Assembly (NCBI GenBank): GCA_029263335.1 | Contig: JAJCXS010000113.1 | Location: 17,071-81,070, forward strand | Origin: Acidobacteriota bacterium | GTDB lineage: Bacteria > Acidobacteriota > UBA890 > WLXD01 | DNA: 64,000 nucleotides | Direction of reading: 5' to 3' | Part shown: one piece after another, positions 58,733-64,000 of the stretch | Numbering within the stretch: the stretch's first letter is position 1 | Layout: each line of letters begins with the position of its first letter | Position numbers and translations under genes: made by a program | The notes under the pieces: model-generated | Databases searched by the model: none | Told to the model about the DNA's origin: nothing | What the model saw: the letters and a program-made list of their open reading frames with translations, nothing else

Positions 58733-59746
58733 TCAGGCGGCCCGTTCCGAGCACAGGATTGCCGTCTCCAGCTGGTTGAGACGCTCGCTCCCGTCCCTGG
58801 TCACGAGCACCATGTCCTCCAGGCGAATCCCCCCAACGCCGCTGAGGTAAACCCCGGGCTCGACGGTTACGACCATACCCGGCGCAAGGACATCCTCGGA
58901 GCGCGCCGACATGCGTGGCCCCTCGTGTACTTCGAGGCCAACGCCGTGGCCGAGGCTATGGCTGAAGTGCTCGGCAAGCCCCCGCCGGGTCAAAAGGTCT
59001 CGCGCCACGCGATCCACGTCACAGCCCGCAACCCCGGGCTCGATCGCTAACACCGCCGCAGCCCGTGCCGCATCCACGGCGGCGTGGATTCTCAGCCACT
59101 CGTCGGTGGGCTGACTACCAACCCATACCGCCCGTGTGATGTCACTGCAGTAGCCATCCACAATACATCCGAAGTCGACCACCAGGAGGTCCCCGTCAGA
59201 GAGAGGCACGTCGCGAGGTCGCGCGTGCGGACGCGCGCCGTGGGGCCCCGCCGCCACGATGGTGTCGAAGGCCATCGCCGTGGCGCCCTGACAGCGGCTG
59301 GCGTAGTCGAGTCGAGCGGCGACCTGCGACTCGGTCATCCCGGGCCGGATCTCGTTCGACACCTCGCGGAGCACACGCTCAGCCAGGCCCAGTGCCCGAC
59401 GGATAGCTGCAATCTCGGCGGCATCCTTGACGCGGCGCTGCGCGGCGACCAGGCCGCCCACATCTACCCATTCGACCTGGCTCCCGCCTGTCAGGGCCAG
59501 CCAGGTCGAATGACTGGTGCTCGAAGCATCAAGGCCGATTCGGGCCATGCCCGGCGGCAGCTGACTCGGAAGCGCAGCCGGGAGGGATTCCGGCGTCACG
59601 ACCGTCGTAAAGGCCGGGGCCTCGATCGCTGCCTGCTCTCGGTAGCGCGCATCTGTGAGCAGAATCCTGACGCCTTCACCGATCAGGAGCCATCCGTTGC
59701 TGCCCGCGAAGCCGCTGAGATAGCGGACGTCCGCGGGTGCGCTCAC
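58733..59746 (-). CDS. M24-family metallopeptidase (Xaa-Pro aminopeptidase-like)
   Basis: 337 aa with pita-bread-fold metal ligands (…DFG…HSLGHGVGLEVHE…GMVVTVEPG…GIRLED). Confidence 0.8.
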   Translation of the reverse strand: MSAPADVRYLSGFAGSNGWLLIGEGVRILLTDARYREQAAIEAPAFTTVVTPESLPAALPSQLPPGMARIGLDASSTSHSTWLALTGGSQVEWVDVGGLVAAQRRVKDAAEIAAIRRALGLAERVLREVSNEIRPGMTESQVAARLDYASRCQGATAMAFDTIVAAGPHGARPHARPRDVPLSDGDLLVVDFGCIVDGYCSDITRAVWVGSQPTDEWLRIHAAVDAARAAAVLAIEPGVAGCDVDRVARDLLTRRGLAEHFSHSLGHGVGLEVHEGPRMSARSEDVLAPGMVVTVEPGVYLSGVGGIRLEDMVLVTRDGSERLNQLETAILCSERAA

Positions 59747-59830
59747 GAGCAGCGCGTCAACGCCAGCCAGTCTGGCGCTCTGCTCTACCTGCTCGATGCG
59801 CGGTTGGTGGATGACTGCGCCCGATACTGG

Positions 59831-61039
59831 TCAGCTGAGCGAGTACACGATCTGGTTGGATCGCCCGATAACAGCTCCGGTTGAGGGGTCTAAGGCTTCT
59901 GCCTCGATCACCACCACGGCGCCGGAATCGTGCGCGATGACGGCGTTGAACGCTAACCCCAGCGAATCGGTCGAACTGGATGCCACGTTGGCCAGCTCAG
60001 CTGGATCGAAGGAAGCCGTATCGGTGGTATCGCTGATGATGCGGAAGCGCACCGGCACGCCGACAAGGACTTCGCCGGTCCGTTCGCTGAATACCCTGGC
60101 ACTCATCCCGTTGGGCACGTCGACGGTACCGGTCCCGGTGGTAGAGCCGTCATCGAAAGCGAGCGAGACCGAGGTCGTCGCCTGCAGTTCGGTCGTGATC
60201 ATGGTGATCGGACCCGACTCGGCGATCAGGTCACCGGTCAGAGGGTCGAGCAAACGGGCGTGCAGGATGACCTCTCCGACACCGTTCACGAACAGGGTGT
60301 TATATGCCTCGCCCAGAGAGTTGGTGAGGGACTGTGGCGGTGCACCGAGGTAGGCCGTCCCTACGCCGGAGGCGGCCGTCGTGTCACGACCGATCCGGAA
60401 GCGAACCTGCATACCGGCGAGGACGGTGCCTGCCGTATCGCGGGCAGTAGCGACGATAAGCGTGTTGGTCGGAGCCGTCGTGACCACGTTGGGTAGATCC
60501 CCGCCGTCGCTGCGAAAGGCAATGTCGATCGTCCCCTCGAGCGCGACCCGCTCGAAGTCGATCGTCACCCGGCTGGCCACATTGGCGATCCACGCCGTAA
60601 CCTCGGCGGTCCCTGCCAGGCTACTGCGCACCGCTACGGCGGCGACGCCCTCGAAGGTCACCACCGGCGTGCTGCTACCGGCCGTGGTGGGGTCGGCGCC
60701 GTTGGCACGAATGGTGCCCAGATTGGTGGCAAAGTTCACGGCAATGCCGTTAGCGATCGGGTTACCCTGCGCATCGACGGCGCGGGCTTGAACCAGGATA
60801 TCCGTGGTGCCGTCGGCCGGGACCCGGCCCCCTTGCCCGTTAAGACTGATGACCCCGCTGAACGTGGCGGTAGCGTTCGGGTTCGTCCCCGTCAAGGTGT
60901 TGTTCGGTGCCGCCGGGTCGTTGAGCCCCTGACAGGCGGTCAGGCCAACCAGGAGCGTGGCGAGACAGGCGGCTGCGTAACGTCGCCCGCCAGGAGTGTG
61001 TCGTCGAGATGAGATCAGATGACGCATGGTCTTCTTCAA
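59831..61039 (-). CDS. Secreted lipoprotein with about three tandem bacterial Ig-like (Big_1/invasin-like) domains
   Basis: Signal peptide plus lipobox (…LLVGLTAC|QG). There are three roughly 100-aa repeats with the pattern A.D..GNP..G..V.F (AVDAQGNPIANGIAVNF / ARDTAGTVLAGMQVRF / ERTGEVLVGVPVRF). The start overlaps the upstream lipoprotein stop by 4 nt. Confidence 0.65.
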   Translation of the reverse strand: MKKTMRHLISSRRHTPGGRRYAAACLATLLVGLTACQGLNDPAAPNNTLTGTNPNATATFSGVISLNGQGGRVPADGTTDILVQARAVDAQGNPIANGIAVNFATNLGTIRANGADPTTAGSSTPVVTFEGVAAVAVRSSLAGTAEVTAWIANVASRVTIDFERVALEGTIDIAFRSDGGDLPNVVTTAPTNTLIVATARDTAGTVLAGMQVRFRIGRDTTAASGVGTAYLGAPPQSLTNSLGEAYNTLFVNGVGEVILHARLLDPLTGDLIAESGPITMITTELQATTSVSLAFDDGSTTGTGTVDVPNGMSARVFSERTGEVLVGVPVRFRIISDTTDTASFDPAELANVASSSTDSLGLAFNAVIAHDSGAVVVIEAEALDPSTGAVIGRSNQIVYSLS

Positions 61040-61638
61040 CTCCCAGCGTAGTTGGCGAACTGAATGCCGATAGCCCCTTGGACAGAGACCGGTTCACCGG
61101 CAATGGTGTGGCCGAAGAAGTGCAAGGTCGCGTCGACGGTAACGGTCGGGAAGCCGGTATCAGGCTCGAATCCCGGCGCAATCAGGTGAGACAGCGGCGG
61201 CTGCAACTTCTGTGATGCCGGCACCAGGGTCAGCGTGACCGAGGTGATCTGCTGGGTCGGAACCCCGTTCGGCGTGATCTGGACCTTGGCAGTCAAGGCT
61301 CGCTGCATACCGGCCGGCAGACGAGTACCGCCGTCGGTACGTGCGTAGGTCACCTCGTAGCGTTCGATGACGATCTCTTGCAACTCCGGTGCGGTGATGT
61401 TGCTGGAGTTCTTCAGGCGGGCAACGAACGCGGCGGTCACCTGAGTATCCGAAACCGTGCCATCGTCGTTGACAACATCGCCGAAATTGGCTCCGACCGC
61501 CGAGATACTCGACAGAATCAGCGTCACGGGGGCCGACGTGTTGTCGATGCCGCCCGGTGCAGTACACGAGGCCAACAGAACCACGGAGAGGAAGGCGGCG
61601 AGTGTCGGCAAGCGCCGCATCACGTTGGGGGTACGCAT
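61036..61638 (-). CDS. Lipoprotein of unknown function (200 aa), translationally coupled to pilQ
   Basis: MRTPNVMRRLPTLAAFLSVVLLASC|T has a lipobox. The mature protein is mostly beta, with no TPR or other recognised motif. It starts 2 nt after the pilQ stop. Confidence 0.55.
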   Translation of the reverse strand: MRTPNVMRRLPTLAAFLSVVLLASCTAPGGIDNTSAPVTLILSSISAVGANFGDVVNDDGTVSDTQVTAAFVARLKNSSNITAPELQEIVIERYEVTYARTDGGTRLPAGMQRALTAKVQITPNGVPTQQITSVTLTLVPASQKLQPPLSHLIAPGFEPDTGFPTVTVDATLHFFGHTIAGEPVSVQGAIGIQFANYAGS

Positions 61639-61640
61639 AT

Positions 61641-63125
61641 CTATTGCTCCAGGATCCTTGGCGTGATGAAAATCAACAACTCGTTGTTCTGCTGCGCGGT
61701 GTCGCGACTCTTGAAGAGGTTGCCGAGGAGCGGGACCCGGTGCAGGAATGGGACCCGTCTTTCGTCTTCGGTCGCGGACATCTGGAAGATTCCACCGATA
61801 ACCGTCGTCCCGCCGTCGCGGACGAGGAGCTTGGTTTCCGCGCGGCGGGTGAAGATCGTCGGAATTCCGAGCACCTGGTTACCGAAGTCCGGTTCGCTCT
61901 TGTCGACGACGATATCGAGCATCACCGTGTGCTCTGCGGTGATCTGCGGTGTCACCGCAAGCGACAGGTTTGCGTTGATGAACGTGATCGAGGCGGTGTT
62001 ATCGATCAGTGTCTGAACGGGGATCCGGCGGCCGCTCTCGATCGAGGCCGGCACGTTGTCTTGGGCGGTCACCTTCGGCGATGAAATGATCTTGCCGCGA
62101 CCCTCTTCCTCCATCACGGACAGCGCAACATCCAGACGGAACGTGTCGAGAATGCTACCCATCGTCAGCGCCACCCCGGCGGTCGGATTTGTAGCGGGCA
62201 GGTTGACCGCAAACGGCACGCCGCTAATGCCCACCGCCTGCGTTCCGCCGGCGGTGTTGTTGTTGCCGACAAAGCCAACGTCGTTGGGAAACACCAGGCC
62301 GGTCGTATTGCCATGGGCGGCGTCGGCCACAGCGCCGAAGCCCCACTGGATGCCGAGCGAACGACTGAAGTTCTTGGTCGTCTCTACGATGCGCGATTCG
62401 ATCAGCACCTGCGGTGCCGCGATATCAAGCGCGGTGAGCAGATCGTTGATCGCACCGATCGCTTCGGGGGTGTCCTTGATGATCAATGAGTTCGTGCGCA
62501 CGTCGACGATCACCTGACCGCGCTGCGACAACTGTGGCTCCACCACCGGCTGCAGCTCGGTAGCATCGGCGTAGGACAGGCGCACCGCCGTAGTCTCGAG
62601 TTCCGTCGCCAGTTCTTCTTGCGCGGCAAGGAGCGCACGATCGCCGGCCTCGGCAGCCAGGGTAGTCAACGAGGCGACCCGTACGATGTTGTCGTCGACC
62701 TGGTAGCCGAACCGATGCGAGCGCAGAATGGCCTCGAAGGCGACGTCCCACGGAACATCGAACAGGCGAACTGTGACGGGGCCGGCGAGATCGGGATCGA
62801 CGACGACATTCAGACCGGTCAACTGCGAGAAGAAGCGCGAAACATCGCGGATGTCCGTGCCGACGAACGTAATGTCGATGGGGTAGCCCGTGAGATCCGA
62901 CGAACGCAGAATGTCCGCTTCGAGCGGAATCTGGCCCGCCGGAATCCGCTCCTCCTGTTCCGCCACGGCTGACGTCGGCACGCCGCCAGGCGGAGTCGCC
63001 GGAGCCTGTTGCCAGGCTCCCGCCAGGCCCGGCAGAGCGAGCAGCATGAGAACCGACACCAGCAGCCGCCATGCATTCGCACGCGACCGCGAGGACATCT
63101 TCCGAGCTGGATGTGCTGGGATCAT
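61641..63125 (-). CDS. pilQ: Type IV pilus secretin PilQ (short form)
   Basis: 494 aa with a signal peptide, one or two N-domains and a C-terminal secretin domain (…LLVRDGGTTVIGGI…VPFLHRVPLLGNLFKSRDTAQQNNELLIFITPRIL). Confidence 0.85.
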   Translation of the reverse strand: MIPAHPARKMSSRSRANAWRLLVSVLMLLALPGLAGAWQQAPATPPGGVPTSAVAEQEERIPAGQIPLEADILRSSDLTGYPIDITFVGTDIRDVSRFFSQLTGLNVVVDPDLAGPVTVRLFDVPWDVAFEAILRSHRFGYQVDDNIVRVASLTTLAAEAGDRALLAAQEELATELETTAVRLSYADATELQPVVEPQLSQRGQVIVDVRTNSLIIKDTPEAIGAINDLLTALDIAAPQVLIESRIVETTKNFSRSLGIQWGFGAVADAAHGNTTGLVFPNDVGFVGNNNTAGGTQAVGISGVPFAVNLPATNPTAGVALTMGSILDTFRLDVALSVMEEEGRGKIISSPKVTAQDNVPASIESGRRIPVQTLIDNTASITFINANLSLAVTPQITAEHTVMLDIVVDKSEPDFGNQVLGIPTIFTRRAETKLLVRDGGTTVIGGIFQMSATEDERRVPFLHRVPLLGNLFKSRDTAQQNNELLIFITPRILEQ

Positions 63126-63128
63126 TCG

Positions 63129-63776
63129 CTAGTACTCTTGGTTGCCGTTTGCCAAACGCTTGGAGACTCGTCGTGTGCTGCGCGCGCCGAGCATGTCTTC
63201 GACGTCCTGCTCGAAGATCACCTCGTCGCCAGAGATCTCAACGATGCGGCCGTCGTAGAGGACAGCTCCGACCTCGACGAAGTAGGTTCGCTGGTCGATG
63301 CCGATGATCATTGCCTGCCAACGCCCCTGGTAGCTCGCTGTGGCGCCGAGCAGGACCTCGTTGATCAGAAAGCCGGGAACACCCGGCGGCCTCAGTTCCG
63401 GCGCCGAGATCTCGCGTTGCCGGGCCGCGAGCAGGCTGCGGAAGGGGTCACGTCGACCTCCCGCCTGGTAAACGAAATTCTGACCGGACAACAGCAGTTG
63501 CTGTTCCGCGAGAATGGTCTCCACCAGGCGCAGGGCTGCCTCCTGCTCATCGGTGGTGACGACGTCAATGTCGGGGAGGCTGGCTGGATCGATCGCCGCC
63601 TCATCCTCGGCCCGCTCCTGCCCACCTTCCGCCTCACTCTGGAGAGATCGGGCGTCGCTCGACTGCGGACTCTGCTTGCGCACAACCGGGCCGACCGGCC
63701 CGGCGAGCGCGAACGAGCTAGAGCTCACGAGGACGGCGACAACAAACACCAACAGAGCGGAGCGGGACGTCGTCAT
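63129..63776 (-). CDS. pilP: Type IV pilus assembly protein PilP
   Basis: 215 aa with a signal peptide, a Gln/Glu-rich linker, an RDPF motif (GGRRDPFRS) and a C-terminal beta-domain. It lies immediately upstream of pilQ. Confidence 0.7.
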   Translation of the reverse strand: MTTSRSALLVFVVAVLVSSSSFALAGPVGPVVRKQSPQSSDARSLQSEAEGGQERAEDEAAIDPASLPDIDVVTTDEQEAALRLVETILAEQQLLLSGQNFVYQAGGRRDPFRSLLAARQREISAPELRPPGVPGFLINEVLLGATASYQGRWQAMIIGIDQRTYFVEVGAVLYDGRIVEISGDEVIFEQDVEDMLGARSTRRVSKRLANGNQEY

Positions 63777-64000
63777 TGGCGCAACAACTCCTCGAGGTCA
63801 TCACTCAGTTCGTCGGTACCGTCGTCAAGGAAGATGAACGTCATGGCCGTGACCTTGGCCTCGACCGTCCCCGCGTCGGCGCTGCTCGACTTGATGTCGA
63901 CCTTGTCGATGTTGATGATGCGCGAGAACTTGCCAACGCGATCGAAGAAGCGCGCCAGGTCATGAAAGCTACCGACCAACTCGAGCTCGATCGGTGACTC
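63773..64000 (-). CDS. pilO: Type IV pilus assembly protein PilO, C-terminal part (5' end off the window)
   Basis: …FHDLARFFDRVGKFSRIINIDKVDIKS… resembles the PilO C-terminal domain. The ORF has no in-window start, and its stop overlaps the pilP start. Confidence 0.65.
   Translation of the reverse strand, partial: ESPIELELVGSFHDLARFFDRVGKFSRIINIDKVDIKSSSADAGTVEAKVTAMTFIFLDDGTDELSDDLEELLRQ

Noticed and set aside
1-64000. A window-wide search for mobile elements, integrases, restriction-modification, toxin-antitoxin or other defence genes, CRISPR arrays and rRNA operons.
   Set aside because: Nothing resembling transposase or integrase catalytic motifs, Cas proteins, methyltransferase/restriction motifs or rRNA-like sequence was seen. 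The window is core-genome in character, with the glycan cluster and the pilus/competence genes as the only accessory-like parts.

Overview
This is a high-GC bacterial chromosomal segment (about two-thirds G+C, judged by eye). It is almost entirely coding and is dominated by conserved housekeeping operons, so many long antisense 'ORFs' in the six-frame track are composition artefacts.

Left third (minus strand): a contiguous translation/transcription tract, frr-pyrH-tsf-rpsB, rplM-rpsI, and pnp-rpsO-truB-nrnA-rbfA-infB-nusA-rimP. A truncated GT-C-type membrane glycosyltransferase-like gene sits at the left edge.

Middle: thrC, tatA-tatC, recJ, accA, an uncharacterised ORF, dnaE, priA, a family-4 uracil-DNA glycosylase and coaBC-rpoZ-gmk-yicC. 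These are followed by an LPS-related block (DUF374 acyltransferase-like, msbA-like, lpxB), a fused homocysteine S-methyltransferase/MTHFR gene, and a 7-gene translationally coupled glycan cluster (four GT4, one GT2, a polyprenyl-phosphate sugar-1-phosphate transferase and UDP-glucuronate decarboxylase).

Right third: aroB, an Asp/Glu racemase, gcvT-H-PA-PB, a ComEA plus FimT/GspH-like pseudopilin pair, archaeal-type proS, and aroK-aroA. These are followed by an NSS-family Na+ symporter with a coupled 36-aa membrane peptide, accB-accC, an M24 peptidase, and the distal part of a type IV pilus operon (pilO partial, pilP, pilQ). pilQ is followed by two translationally coupled lipoproteins, one made of tandem Ig-like repeats.

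No rRNA, CRISPR, transposase or recognisable defence-system genes were seen, and no tRNA could be recognised by eye. The best novelty candidates are the pilQ-coupled lipoproteins, the ComEA-FimT module, the NSS transporter with its micro-subunit, and the glycan cluster lacking wzx/wzy.

Calls rest on motif recognition in the supplied translations. Where an internal start was chosen the boundary is approximate to within a few codons.
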